Positions 34,807 to 44,724 are shown, counted from the stretch's first letter. The stretch: DNA of 53,154 nt from a virus (IMGVR_UViG_3300011443_000017:1-53154), one strand, 5' to 3'. Translations and numbers: made by a program. Notes: generated from the letters alone by a model not told the origin.

Positions 34807-36444
34807 ATGGCTTTTCCCTCAACCACCGTTATTGATGATTTTAACCGCGCGGATGGCGCGATTGGCGCAAACTACACCATCCCGACTTTCGCGGGTGGCA
34901 TGAATGTCGCCAGCAATGCGGCGGTAGCAGCAGCAGCCAACGGCCTCGCGATCCGCAATACCGCGACTTACCAGGACTGCGAAGTCTACGCGACCCTGAC
35001 GACCAAAATGAATGACGCCGCAACCGGCGCGCTATTCTGGCGTACCGTACAGGTTGCCAGTGCCATTACACTCGACGGGTATTCCTTGCAACTCACAGCC
35101 GTCGCGGGTGGGTCAAACGATACACTTCAGGTGCAATCGCTCACCAATGGCGCGCCAACGAGTATTGGCGCGGCCTTCACGCAGGAACTTGCCAATGGTG
35201 ACGTGATCGGCGCGCGCATGATCGGCTCGACGATTTACGTGTTTGTGAACGGCACATTACTCGGCACGCGGACAGACACCACCTACAGCGCCGCCGGAAA
35301 CATTGGTTTAGGTTTCTCAGGCACGACCGGGATATGGGATAACTTTGGCGGCGGGACGGCTGACATCACATCGGACATCACACCTGCCGGGACGATCACA
35401 CCCGCAGGCGCAACGGTCAAATTACCCACCAAAGTGTTTGCAGGCGCGTTGACTCCCGTTGGCGCGCTGTTACGACTGCCGACTAAAGTGTTGGCCGGTT
35501 CGATTACCCCGACCAGTGTCAACATTAAATCGGCGTTGAAATTGTTGGTTGGGAGCATCACGCCGACGGGCGCGCTCAGTGCCTTTCGTACCGTGTTTCT
35601 GTCGGTAGCGGGTTCAATTACACCCGCCGGGGCGCTCATCCGGCAACCGTTGAAAGTATTGGCGGGCGCTATAGCTCCCGTCGGCGCGTTGATCCGCCAA
35701 CCGCTCAAAGTGTTGAGTGGGTCAATTGAGCCGGATAGTGAACTGACAACCTTACGCTCGATCCTGATTACGTTGGCGGGGTCACTGACGCCTGCCGCTA
35801 CCCTCGTCAAACAACCGCTCAAGGTGTTGAGTGGGAGTCTTACGCCCACTGCTGTTGTGATTAAAACTGCATTGAAGCTTGTGAGCGGGGGGATCACCCC
35901 GGCAGGTGCGCTCACGACGTTACGATCCGTTTTGATTGAATTGATCGGATCAATAACCCCAAGCGGCGCATTCTTGCGACTGCCCACGAAGGTATTTAGT
36001 GGGGCAGTGGGGTTAGCCGGGGCGCTGGTCAACTTACCGCAAAAGCTATTCAGTGGCGCGGTGACACCAACCGGGGCATTGTCAACGTTTCGCACTCTAT
36101 TGCTAACGCTGTCAGGGTCGATTACCCCAACGGGCGCATTCTTAAAGTCACCCCAAAAAGTTTTAGAAGGTGTCTTGCAGCCCGTCGGGGCATTGCTCAA
36201 AAATCCGCGTAAAGTGTTCAGTGGATTGATTGCCGCTATCGGCGAACTCATTCGCAGCGGTGGTACATCGACAGAATTTGAACTTGGCGACAAGGGCATT
36301 ATTGCGGAGGCCGTTAACCGTTCGGTGGCCGCTTCCCCTGTAGAACGTACCATCCTGGCAGTGTCGCGTATCCAAACCATTACCGCCGAAACCCGCAACC
36401 GCATGGTTGTATCTGCCCCGCGAAATCAAACAATTATTGCCTGA
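34807..36444 (+). CDS. Fibre/spike-like virion protein: lectin-like N-domain plus 18/20-aa repeats
   Basis: DDFNRADG...WDNFGGG beta-sandwich; 15 G(S/A)(I/L)TP.GAL repeats. Confidence 0.65.
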   Translation: MAFPSTTVIDDFNRADGAIGANYTIPTFAGGMNVASNAAVAAAANGLAIRNTATYQDCEVYATLTTKMNDAATGALFWRTVQVASAITLDGYSLQLTAVAGGSNDTLQVQSLTNGAPTSIGAAFTQELANGDVIGARMIGSTIYVFVNGTLLGTRTDTTYSAAGNIGLGFSGTTGIWDNFGGGTADITSDITPAGTITPAGATVKLPTKVFAGALTPVGALLRLPTKVLAGSITPTSVNIKSALKLLVGSITPTGALSAFRTVFLSVAGSITPAGALIRQPLKVLAGAIAPVGALIRQPLKVLSGSIEPDSELTTLRSILITLAGSLTPAATLVKQPLKVLSGSLTPTAVVIKTALKLVSGGITPAGALTTLRSVLIELIGSITPSGAFLRLPTKVFSGAVGLAGALVNLPQKLFSGAVTPTGALSTFRTLLLTLSGSITPTGAFLKSPQKVLEGVLQPVGALLKNPRKVFSGLIAAIGELIRSGGTSTEFELGDKGIIAEAVNRSVAASPVERTILAVSRIQTITAETRNRMVVSAPRNQTIIA

Positions 36445-36459
36445 CGACAGGAGTCGAAA

Positions 36460-37104
36460 ATGAGTATCGGAGTCATTGCCCCTAGCGGCGATTTGAAGCT
36501 GCGTAAAACCAAAACCGTCCGCCGCGCGCCGATTGCATGGCGCATCCGCAACACTATGCGCCCTGGTTACATTAAGGGATGGATTGCCAAGCACTTTGTT
36601 GTCCCCGTCGCCAATTGGTGGGGGATCATGTGCGCGATTGCTGAGCTGGAACTGATTAAGACTCTGCCAACGGGTGAACAAATCCATTACGGCGTCGTCG
36701 GCTATCGCGTTGTGACCGATGCGGGTGTCGCCTACATCGTAGACGATTTCGACAATGCTGCCGGTAGTGCCGACGTGTCCCTGTTTAACTTTCACGGCGT
36801 AGGGACAGGTACGAACGCCGAGGCCGTTGGCGATACCGCCCTGCAAACTGAAAGCACGACCATTCTAACCGTCAACAGTGTGCGCGCAACCGGTACACGT
36901 TCGCAACCGGCGGCGAATCAGTTCCGTTCGAGCGGCGCGGTCTCATTCGATGGCAGCGGCGCGATTACGGAACACGGTTTATTTACCGATGCCGATGTGA
37001 GCGAGGGGACGTTGTTGGATCGCACCGTGTTCTCAGCGGTCAATATGGTGTCGGGCGAGACGCTTACTTGCCAATATACCATTACCTTCACCGCTGGTAG
37101 TTAA
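36460..37104 (+). CDS. Virion structural protein (fibre base/collar-like)
   Basis: VVTDAG, HGVGTGT.AEA.GDTAL.TE, ITEHGLF, GTLLDRTVFSAVN...YTITF. Confidence 0.65.
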   Translation: MSIGVIAPSGDLKLRKTKTVRRAPIAWRIRNTMRPGYIKGWIAKHFVVPVANWWGIMCAIAELELIKTLPTGEQIHYGVVGYRVVTDAGVAYIVDDFDNAAGSADVSLFNFHGVGTGTNAEAVGDTALQTESTTILTVNSVRATGTRSQPAANQFRSSGAVSFDGSGAITEHGLFTDADVSEGTLLDRTVFSAVNMVSGETLTCQYTITFTAGS

Positions 37105-37106
37105 CC

Positions 37107-37415
37107 ATGACGGTTAACCGATCTATCCCGATGTTCATCGGCGAAAGCGATTACATCTATTTCAATTTCGCGCAGCGCCTCGCTAGCGGTCAAACGGTTG
37201 TCAGCGCCACCTACACCTGCGAAAGTCCGGTTACAGAAGACGGCGGAACAGCGACGGTGAGTGCAGCGGGGACGATTGCGCAGGCGCGCTTTACGCTACC
37301 CGGTACAGCCTCGGACGGCGTGCAGTACACGGTTAAGTGTACGGCGACCTGTGCCACGCCGACGGAAACGAAGATCGAGTACGCGGTGATTTTGGCGCAG
37401 CTTGTGCCGACGTAG
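37107..37415 (+). CDS. Fibre adaptor-like small beta protein
   Basis: GESDYIYFNF..RL.SG.TV.SAT...G..YTVKC.AT pattern. Confidence 0.5.
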   Translation: MTVNRSIPMFIGESDYIYFNFAQRLASGQTVVSATYTCESPVTEDGGTATVSAAGTIAQARFTLPGTASDGVQYTVKCTATCATPTETKIEYAVILAQLVPT

Positions 37416-37423
37416 GGTAGGCT

Positions 37424-37879
37424 ATGACACGTTACACGGATGAATTCAGGGCTAATTCAGTTATTATGTTAGAGGCGTCGGGCTATCCAGAACGCCCCGG
37501 CGCATTGGTTGAAACGGCTAAGTATCTCAAAATCCCCCATGCTACGTTATCCCGTTGGGCAAATGGCAAGCGCAACCCTCCACCGCCCGAAATGGTACAG
37601 ATTAAAAAGCAGGACTTAATAAAGCTGCTATTAGGGGAAGTTGGCGCGGCATTAGTTGAAATGGGCAGCGCGCGACCATCAGCCGATTACAAAGAACTCG
37701 CTACCGCAATCGGCATTATGATCGACAAAATGCAATTGTTGGATGGAGAGCCAACGGCAAGGACGGAAGTGGTTCATGAACTCAGTAACGAAGATCGAGC
37801 TAGACGAGTTGATGAATTACTTAACGCCGCAAGAACGCGCCGAGATGGACAATCTCCTGATGGTGAGTTCATCCAATGA
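37424..37879 (+). CDS. terS: Terminase small subunit
   Basis: RYTDEFR...TAKYLKIPHATLSRW HTH; LATAIGIMIDKMQLLDGEPT; precedes terL. Confidence 0.75.
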   Translation: MTRYTDEFRANSVIMLEASGYPERPGALVETAKYLKIPHATLSRWANGKRNPPPPEMVQIKKQDLIKLLLGEVGAALVEMGSARPSADYKELATAIGIMIDKMQLLDGEPTARTEVVHELSNEDRARRVDELLNAARTRRDGQSPDGEFIQ

Positions 37880-39227
37880 GGCGATTGCCTGGATAGAGTC
37901 GGAATTCTACATCCCCGAAACCAACGCACCTATTCAACTTGAACCTTACCAAAAGGACGTTATACGGGAAGCCCTGCGCCGCGATGAAAGCGGTGCTTTT
38001 ATTTATAGCCTGGTGCTATATTCGGACATCAAGAAATCAGCCAAGTCCACCATTGCGGCGGCGGTGTGCCTCTACCTCGCATGGCATCACGCATGGGAAA
38101 GTGTACGCATTGTCGCGAATGACTTGAAGCAAGCCGATAGCCGCACATTCTTTTACATTGAGCGGGCGATACGCCTTAATCCGGTACTTAATCGGCAGTG
38201 CAAAATTAAGCAGTATCACATCACGCTCCCCAACCATACCACGATTACCGCAATCCCGGTTGATCCGAAAGGCGAAGCGGGTGGCGGCGACCTGATAACG
38301 TGCTTTACGGAATTGTGGGCAGCTAAGAATGAAGCCGCCAAGCGGTTATGGTCAGAGACTACCCTTTCGCCGTTGAAGTTTGGTCATTCGCTGCGATGGG
38401 CGGAAAGCTACGCCGGGTTTGATGGTGAATCGCCCATCCTGGAACAGCTACACGAAACCGGCGTCAAGCATGGCGAGTTAATCCCGGTACAGACCGAGGG
38501 GTTAGAACTCTACCGCAATGATGCGGCGCGCATGTTAAGCCTCTGGAACACGCAACCGCGTTGTCCCTGGCAGACGCCCGAATACTACGCACAGGAATCC
38601 GCGATCCTTACCGAGAGCGAATTTAACCGGATGCACCGTAATCAATGGGCATCGAGTGAAGACATCTTCGTACCGTTGGATTGGTGGAATGCCTGTCAGC
38701 TACCCATGCCAGAACCCGAAGACCGCGACCAATGGGTGATCGGTATCGACGCCGGCATATCCTCGGATAGCTTTGGCATTGTCGGTGTGGTGCGTAAGGG
38801 TGACATGCTTTACAAATGTTACGCCCGCGAATGGAAACCGCCCAAAGGTGGCGTAATCGACTTTCGCGAACCAGAGGCAGAATTGCGCCGTTTGGCGAAA
38901 GAACATCGGGTCGTGTGTTTCTGCTATGACCCATACCAGCTTCACGACTTTTGCACCCGACTCCGTAATGACGGGGTAGGGTGGTTCAAGGAATTCCCAC
39001 AAGGGCAAGACCGCCTGAAGTCCGACAAGCAGTTATACGACACCATCCGAGAGCGGCGCATTTTGCACGATGGTGACGCGGTATTGACTGCGCATATCGC
39101 CAACGCCAACGCGAAAACGGAGGGTGATAAATTGCGGATTATCAAGCGCCAGGATCATTTAAAAATCGACCTCGCTGTTGCCTTGAGCATGGCCTCATAC
39201 ACGGCGCGATACCTGATGATAGGCTAA
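37776..39227 (+). CDS. terL: Terminase large subunit
   Basis: LEPYQ adenine-binding motif, IKKSAKST Walker A variant, N.W, GIDAG..SD, YDPYQ, KIDLAVALSMA; start may be 37812. Confidence 0.93.
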   Translation: MNSVTKIELDELMNYLTPQERAEMDNLLMVSSSNEAIAWIESEFYIPETNAPIQLEPYQKDVIREALRRDESGAFIYSLVLYSDIKKSAKSTIAAAVCLYLAWHHAWESVRIVANDLKQADSRTFFYIERAIRLNPVLNRQCKIKQYHITLPNHTTITAIPVDPKGEAGGGDLITCFTELWAAKNEAAKRLWSETTLSPLKFGHSLRWAESYAGFDGESPILEQLHETGVKHGELIPVQTEGLELYRNDAARMLSLWNTQPRCPWQTPEYYAQESAILTESEFNRMHRNQWASSEDIFVPLDWWNACQLPMPEPEDRDQWVIGIDAGISSDSFGIVGVVRKGDMLYKCYAREWKPPKGGVIDFREPEAELRRLAKEHRVVCFCYDPYQLHDFCTRLRNDGVGWFKEFPQGQDRLKSDKQLYDTIRERRILHDGDAVLTAHIANANAKTEGDKLRIIKRQDHLKIDLAVALSMASYTARYLMIG

Positions 39228-39230
39228 TTC

Positions 39231-41267
39231 ATGTTTGACTCGCAAACCCGCAACGCCACAAGACACTCGGTTCAAACGGCGGATGTCAATACAACTAAGC
39301 CTGCGATGGCGACGGATGGGAATTCGTGGGATGTGTGGGGTGTTATCCCACACCCGCAAATCATCTCCGCATGGGGACAGCGCCGCCGGGATCGCGAGTT
39401 GGCGATGATCCGTTACCTCATCGGCAACGGGCTATTCCAGGGCGCGGCCAATGGGCTGATTATGCGCTGGCAATCCACGCCGACGGAGATTAAAGGCGGG
39501 CGTAACCTGGCGCGGTTCTATCAGGAGATGCTAGCCCGCAATTGGGAAACCTGGATTGCGCGTATCGGGTGGGACTTCCTGACGCAGGACTTCGGCGCGG
39601 TGACGGAAATCATCGGCGCGGGCAATCCGACCAAACCGATTACGGGGCGCGTGTTGGGTATTGAGGCAATGGATAGCCTGTCTTGCTACGCCACCAAAAA
39701 CAGCGAGTATCCGGTGGTGTACTGGAATGAGGAAGACGGTTCGATGCACCACATGCACGATGGGCGCGTGCATCGGTTCGTAGACATGACATCCCCCAAG
39801 CGCACGGCCTACGGGAATGGCTTGTGCGCCTTATCGCGCTATCTCGCAGAGGCCGATGTCGATATTAAACTCGCACAGCACGATACCGAGATGCTATCCG
39901 ACTTGCCGCCTGCGGGTATCCTGGCCGTGTCGGGTATGACCGAGCAGCAGTGGTCAGACGCCTCGACTATCTACGAAAGCAACCGCCGCGCCGATGGGCA
40001 AACGGTCTTCCGTCAAACGATGGTCGTCCATGCGATTGACCCGACCAACCCCCTCAAGATTGAGAGTATCCCCTTTAGCACCCTGCCGGATAACTTCGAT
40101 ACTGAGAAGTTTGTCAACATGCACGTCAATAAGTTGGCGCTGGCGTTGGGTGTCGATCCTCAGGACATATGGCCGCTGAGTGGGCAAGCCCTCGGTACGG
40201 GTACGCAGTCGCAGGTATTGAGTGCCAAAGCGCGCGGCAAGATGTTCGGGCGCTTCCTGCAAATGGTGACACGATTTATCAATTATAAAGTGTTACCCCC
40301 CGGACTCGAATTCCAATTCAAATTTAAAGACAGCGAGGAAGACGGCGAAACCGCAGCCACCGCTAAGGTATGGGTGGACATTGCCAATTCCGCCAGCTTC
40401 CTATCCGACGAAGAAAAGCGCAACCTACTCGCTGCACAAGTGGAGGCGATACGCGATGTCATTACGGATGATGACGGGGAGGTTATTGCGCTCCCTGATG
40501 ACGACCCTAAAACCGATGAGCAGGAAATTATCGCGCCGGACGATAACCCACTGGCTGCGGTATCTGACCAACCCGACGTACCGGTTAACGTACAGGATAC
40601 GGATAATCCGGCAGGACGCGGCGATGTCAATGGCGGAACTAACGGCACTGTTCCCGACCAACGAAAGTCTATGGGAGGGGCGGGCGGATCACTACTGGAC
40701 AGAGGACATGATACTCATGTCGCGCGAAAAGACTACGCCGCCACAAAAGACGCCTTCACTGGCGAAGTCGCCGCGCACATCGCAGACGCCGCCGACGGCA
40801 CAATTAGCAAAGCCGCATTCGCCATCCGAATGCGCGCCTCCATCGCCAAGTACGGAAAGAATGCCTACCTGGATGGACTAGCCGAAGGCGGGGTTGATGA
40901 GACTACCCTAACCGGTGATGATAGCGACGCCTACGCGCGTATCCTAGCCGAGCAATCCGGCTATGTGAGCGATGCGCGTAGCACGATTACCGACTTCTCA
41001 GGCGATGCGGATAGCCGCGCGCAATTGTGGCAAAAGTCACTTGACCCGTTCTACAACGGCGGCATTGAGAGCGCGGACAAGAACGGCATGTATACGTTCG
41101 AGGGCGAAGACGGCGACGAAAGCTGCAAGGATTGTATGGAACTCAAGGGGACATCGCATCGCATGTCCTGGTACATCGAACATGAGAAGCGCCCGGTACA
41201 GGATGGACACAATTTTGAATGCGGTGGGTGGCGATGCCTTCACGTTTTAACAAAAAGGGTTAAATGA
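39231..41267 (+). CDS. Portal protein with C-terminal Mu gpF-like head domain
   Basis: Follows terL; P.GIL, LALALGVDPQDI, FQFKFKD; C-terminal SCKDC..L.G...CGGWRC.H. Confidence 0.85.
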   Translation: MFDSQTRNATRHSVQTADVNTTKPAMATDGNSWDVWGVIPHPQIISAWGQRRRDRELAMIRYLIGNGLFQGAANGLIMRWQSTPTEIKGGRNLARFYQEMLARNWETWIARIGWDFLTQDFGAVTEIIGAGNPTKPITGRVLGIEAMDSLSCYATKNSEYPVVYWNEEDGSMHHMHDGRVHRFVDMTSPKRTAYGNGLCALSRYLAEADVDIKLAQHDTEMLSDLPPAGILAVSGMTEQQWSDASTIYESNRRADGQTVFRQTMVVHAIDPTNPLKIESIPFSTLPDNFDTEKFVNMHVNKLALALGVDPQDIWPLSGQALGTGTQSQVLSAKARGKMFGRFLQMVTRFINYKVLPPGLEFQFKFKDSEEDGETAATAKVWVDIANSASFLSDEEKRNLLAAQVEAIRDVITDDDGEVIALPDDDPKTDEQEIIAPDDNPLAAVSDQPDVPVNVQDTDNPAGRGDVNGGTNGTVPDQRKSMGGAGGSLLDRGHDTHVARKDYAATKDAFTGEVAAHIADAADGTISKAAFAIRMRASIAKYGKNAYLDGLAEGGVDETTLTGDDSDAYARILAEQSGYVSDARSTITDFSGDADSRAQLWQKSLDPFYNGGIESADKNGMYTFEGEDGDESCKDCMELKGTSHRMSWYIEHEKRPVQDGHNFECGGWRCLHVLTKRVK

Positions 41268-42322
41268 TGATCGAAACAACTGAACAGGAAACCACCGAGG
41301 CCGCCAACGAAGACGGCCTTTTTGATCGCATCTGGCAGCGCGTCAAGGACACGATTAACCCGCCTACTGAGGATGCACCATTCAGCGTGTACAAATCACT
41401 TAGCGGTGAGTTGCGTTGGTTGGCGACCTTTACGAATAACTTTATGGATCGTGACAAGGAAATCATATCAGAGAAGGCGATTGATGGGTACTTAGCACGC
41501 CTGGATATGGGACTTGTGCCGATGCCTGAATTATGGGAAGCACATATCCCCGAAACGAAACTAGGGCAGGCGGATATGGTGTTTGCTGTCGGCAACTTCT
41601 TACACGCCGACGGACACTTTGACAACACGCCCGAAAACGAACGCGCGATCCAATACTACCGCAAGAACGCGCCCAAAATCCCCTTATCACATGGTTTCAC
41701 TTTTCCGAATCGCGCCCTCAAGAATGGCGTTTACGAGGAAATGAATACATTTGAAGTGACTCTTTTGCCACCGCCTTTGGTGGCGTCCAATCCGTTCACT
41801 GACTTGGAGGTTAACGACAGTATGAAACAGATTACGCCAGAACAGAAGACGGCGCTATCTCAGTCTCGTGGCAGTGAGTATGTCGAGAAACTGATTGCAG
41901 AGCGCGAAACCAAAAGCAAAGAACTTGTCGAGGCAGGTGTTGCCTACAAGGATTTTGCCGATGTTGCCGGGGCGGAAGTTGCCGCCGAAACCGAAACACC
42001 TGCGGAAGAGCAGAAACCCAACCCGATTGCGCAGATGCTTATCGACATCCTGGAAAGTCAGAATGAATTGATGTCGCTGGTAACTGACAACGGCAAGGCG
42101 TTCGCCGCCTATCGTGCGCAGATGGACGCGAAGGTCAAGGAATTGACGGATGCGAATGTTGCGCAGAAATCCGCAACCGAAAAGCTGCAAGCGGAGTTGA
42201 AACTCACCCCCCGCGCCGCGTCCACTGCCGCCGAAACCAAGTTATCAGACAAAGAGGCCGCCGCCCTCAAAGCGGATGCCGAAAAATCCGAAGCCGATCC
42301 ATTTTGGAACGTTGGAGTATAA
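41264..42322 (+). CDS. Capsid maturation protease/scaffold
   Basis: DRDKEIIS, LWEAH, LSHGF, EVTLLP..ASNPFT; coiled-coil C-terminus. Confidence 0.8.
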   Translation: MMIETTEQETTEAANEDGLFDRIWQRVKDTINPPTEDAPFSVYKSLSGELRWLATFTNNFMDRDKEIISEKAIDGYLARLDMGLVPMPELWEAHIPETKLGQADMVFAVGNFLHADGHFDNTPENERAIQYYRKNAPKIPLSHGFTFPNRALKNGVYEEMNTFEVTLLPPPLVASNPFTDLEVNDSMKQITPEQKTALSQSRGSEYVEKLIAERETKSKELVEAGVAYKDFADVAGAEVAAETETPAEEQKPNPIAQMLIDILESQNELMSLVTDNGKAFAAYRAQMDAKVKELTDANVAQKSATEKLQAELKLTPRAASTAAETKLSDKEAAALKADAEKSEADPFWNVGV

Positions 42323-42334
42323 AAAGGTATCAAC

Positions 42335-43726
42335 ATGGAATTAACACTTGAACAATTGAAAGAAGCCTCCAAGTTCATTGCAGAACTCGGCTTCGGTCAG
42401 AAACATGACCCCTCGTCAACGGTGTCAACGTGGGTTGCGCCGCATGGACAGGGCGGTCTATTCAGCCCCGGCGCAGTACGCCCGGATATGTACTCGACTG
42501 TACCGCGCCCGACCAATGGACTGATTGGCGCGATTCCCCTGGTGCAGTCGCTCAAGGATAACGAGATTTATGAAATCCTGACCGGTGTGACCCAGACATC
42601 AGGCAACGCGGCGGCGGATAGCTGCTCGGAAGGCCCGACGCCCGGACGCCTGAAGGTTTGCCGCCAGACGTTTGTCTGGGGCGAAATGAAGGTCGATACT
42701 GAAGTACATCGCCTCGCCAACTTTGGTCGTCGGTTGGACTATCAGGACAATGATCGTAACGTCTTGAACTTCATGCCGCCCGATAGCCCCTACATCCCGC
42801 AAGTTCCCACAATGGACTTGAACACCCGCTTGGGCAAACAGTTTGCCGAGTTGGGTCTGGGTGTCGAGGCGTCTATGGAATTGGTAGACTTCGTGGGCAG
42901 CGCGGGTAGCACGAGCAACGCCGCCTATCTCAATCTGTATATCAGCCAATACGCGGGTCTGGAATCGCTGGTCAAGACCGGCCACACCGACAGCGTAACC
43001 GGTATCGCTTGCGCCGCCGCCGATAGCATCATCGTGACCCACAACGCGCCGATTGCAAGCGCGGGGACGAATGGCGGGACGTTCATTCAGAATATGGTTG
43101 ACCTGTACTATGGCGCAAAAGAACGCGCCCGCATCATCGGCATGGCCGACACCCAATGGGTATTCGCGATGCATCCGAAAGCATGGCGTGCCGTTGCTGA
43201 AATCTGGGCTTGCCAGTATAACACGGATCGCTGCGCCGGATCAGCTACCGCCCCGAACAACCAGGATGCCACCGAAGTCACCCGCTTCCGTGATGATATG
43301 TATCGCGGTTCGTACCTGCTGGTCGACGGCGAAGCTGTCCCGGTGCTGCTGTCTACGGGTATCCCAGCGACGGGTGTGAGCAACAACGTATACAACACCG
43401 ACATCTACCTGCTGCCGATGGGCTGGCGTGGGCGTCCGCTGTTGTTCCGTCAGTATTTCCCGTTGGCGAACTCGGAAGCGCAAACCTTCCTCGGTATGGA
43501 GAACGATGCGCGCGTCATCAATAACGGGCTGTATGCCGTCGGCAAACGTTCAACGAATGGTCTCTGCACCAAGTTCGAGTTCTACAGCAAGCATCGTTTG
43601 ATCCTCGACGCGCCGTTCCTCGCTGGCCGTGTGAACGACGTGCAAGTAACCTTCCGTGCGCAGTCGCGTGACGTCCGCGTTGGTGAATCGCTGTACGCCG
43701 ATGGTGGTACGAGCAGCCGCTTCTAA
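42335..43726 (+). CDS. Major capsid protein (HK97 fold)
   Basis: Follows the protease; WVFAMHP, GEAVPVLLSTGIP, DIYLL P-domain-like motifs. Confidence 0.85.
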   Translation: MELTLEQLKEASKFIAELGFGQKHDPSSTVSTWVAPHGQGGLFSPGAVRPDMYSTVPRPTNGLIGAIPLVQSLKDNEIYEILTGVTQTSGNAAADSCSEGPTPGRLKVCRQTFVWGEMKVDTEVHRLANFGRRLDYQDNDRNVLNFMPPDSPYIPQVPTMDLNTRLGKQFAELGLGVEASMELVDFVGSAGSTSNAAYLNLYISQYAGLESLVKTGHTDSVTGIACAAADSIIVTHNAPIASAGTNGGTFIQNMVDLYYGAKERARIIGMADTQWVFAMHPKAWRAVAEIWACQYNTDRCAGSATAPNNQDATEVTRFRDDMYRGSYLLVDGEAVPVLLSTGIPATGVSNNVYNTDIYLLPMGWRGRPLLFRQYFPLANSEAQTFLGMENDARVINNGLYAVGKRSTNGLCTKFEFYSKHRLILDAPFLAGRVNDVQVTFRAQSRDVRVGESLYADGGTSSRF

Positions 43727-43740
43727 TTGGAACGGTTGGC

Positions 43741-43850
43741 TTTACATCCGTGTTACGATAGTATATAATGTAGGGTAGGATAGACTGATCCTCGAAAAGC
43801 GGCACACCACCGCCTTCCTGCCCTCCATATGGTGATTAGCGCAAAGGTGA
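43741..43850 (+). promoter_or_regulatory. Promoter plus structured leader with possible pseudoknot
   Basis: TTTACA-N17-TATAAT; AGGGTAGGA/TCCTGCCCT stem enclosing ACTGATCCTCGAAAA and GCGG-cacacca-CCGC. Confidence 0.6.
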
Positions 43851-43854
43851 ATGC

Positions 43855-44724
43855 GTGAACCTCGTTTCAATCATCATACCCATAGCCCCCTATCACACGT
43901 CAATCGTTGACCAGGCGATTGCAGCCGCCCGGTCACAAAGTTTGACGTGTGATGTACTCGCGATGGCGGATACGTTCAGTCATGGGGCAGGGGCTACACG
44001 CAATGAGGGTGTCGCTCTTTCCGATACCCCATTCGTGTATTTCTTAGATAGTGACGACACGATACGCCCCGATACCATAGAGCTACTTTTGCAGCATTAC
44101 GTACAGGGCGCGTATGTCTACAGCGACGACTACCAGGGCGACAGCCTACACCAGACGCCCGATTGCGGCGCGTACCTCAACGGCACATGGCACACGGTTA
44201 ACGCGCTCATCCCCACCGCCGCGTTTAAAGCCGTCGGCGGGTTTGACGAAACGTTACCCGCGTTGGAAGACCTCGACTTATTCCTACGCTTGCAGGCGCA
44301 CGGCATTTGCGGCGTGCGCTGCCCGCATCCGTTGGTACGCTATACGGCGGGCGGTCAACGCTCGAAGCTATTCCATGCAAGACCGGACTATCTCAGTATT
44401 AAGCAAGCCATCTATCAGCGATGGTCAGGAGCGGCAATTATGGGCTGTGGATGCGGCGCGGCGGTCAGTGGGCAAATCCCGGAGAACAAACTCGATACCG
44501 ACATATTGGTAACGGCGCTGTACTCGAAACGTCAGACCGTTGGGCCTGTCACTGGACGCCTGTACAATGCGCCGCGCGGGGCGGAAAGTTACCAGCTATG
44601 GGTTGACCCGCGCGACCAGGAAGCCAAGCCGGATATGTGGCAGCCCGTCAAGGTGATCGACCACAACATTACGCCGTCGGTGGATGATGTCATGGCGATG
44701 TATCAGGAAGCGGTGCAATCGTGA
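43855..44724 (+). CDS. Glycosyltransferase family 2 with small C-terminal domain
   Basis: VSIIIP, GAGATRNEG, FLDSDD, VGGFDE.L..LED. Confidence 0.9.
   Translation: MNLVSIIIPIAPYHTSIVDQAIAAARSQSLTCDVLAMADTFSHGAGATRNEGVALSDTPFVYFLDSDDTIRPDTIELLLQHYVQGAYVYSDDYQGDSLHQTPDCGAYLNGTWHTVNALIPTAAFKAVGGFDETLPALEDLDLFLRLQAHGICGVRCPHPLVRYTAGGQRSKLFHARPDYLSIKQAIYQRWSGAAIMGCGCGAAVSGQIPENKLDTDILVTALYSKRQTVGPVTGRLYNAPRGAESYQLWVDPRDQEAKPDMWQPVKVIDHNITPSVDDVMAMYQEAVQS

Noticed and set aside
35283-36404. 373-aa minus-strand ORF
   Set aside because: Antisense shadow of the repetitive fibre gene; no SD or motifs.
37424-37600. IS3-like transposase OrfA (RYTDEFR HTH)
   Set aside because: No DDE OrfB or inverted repeats; context indicates terS.
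43784-43798. CTGATCCTCGAAA as a hammerhead core
   Set aside because: Not CUGANGA, and there is no stem II.
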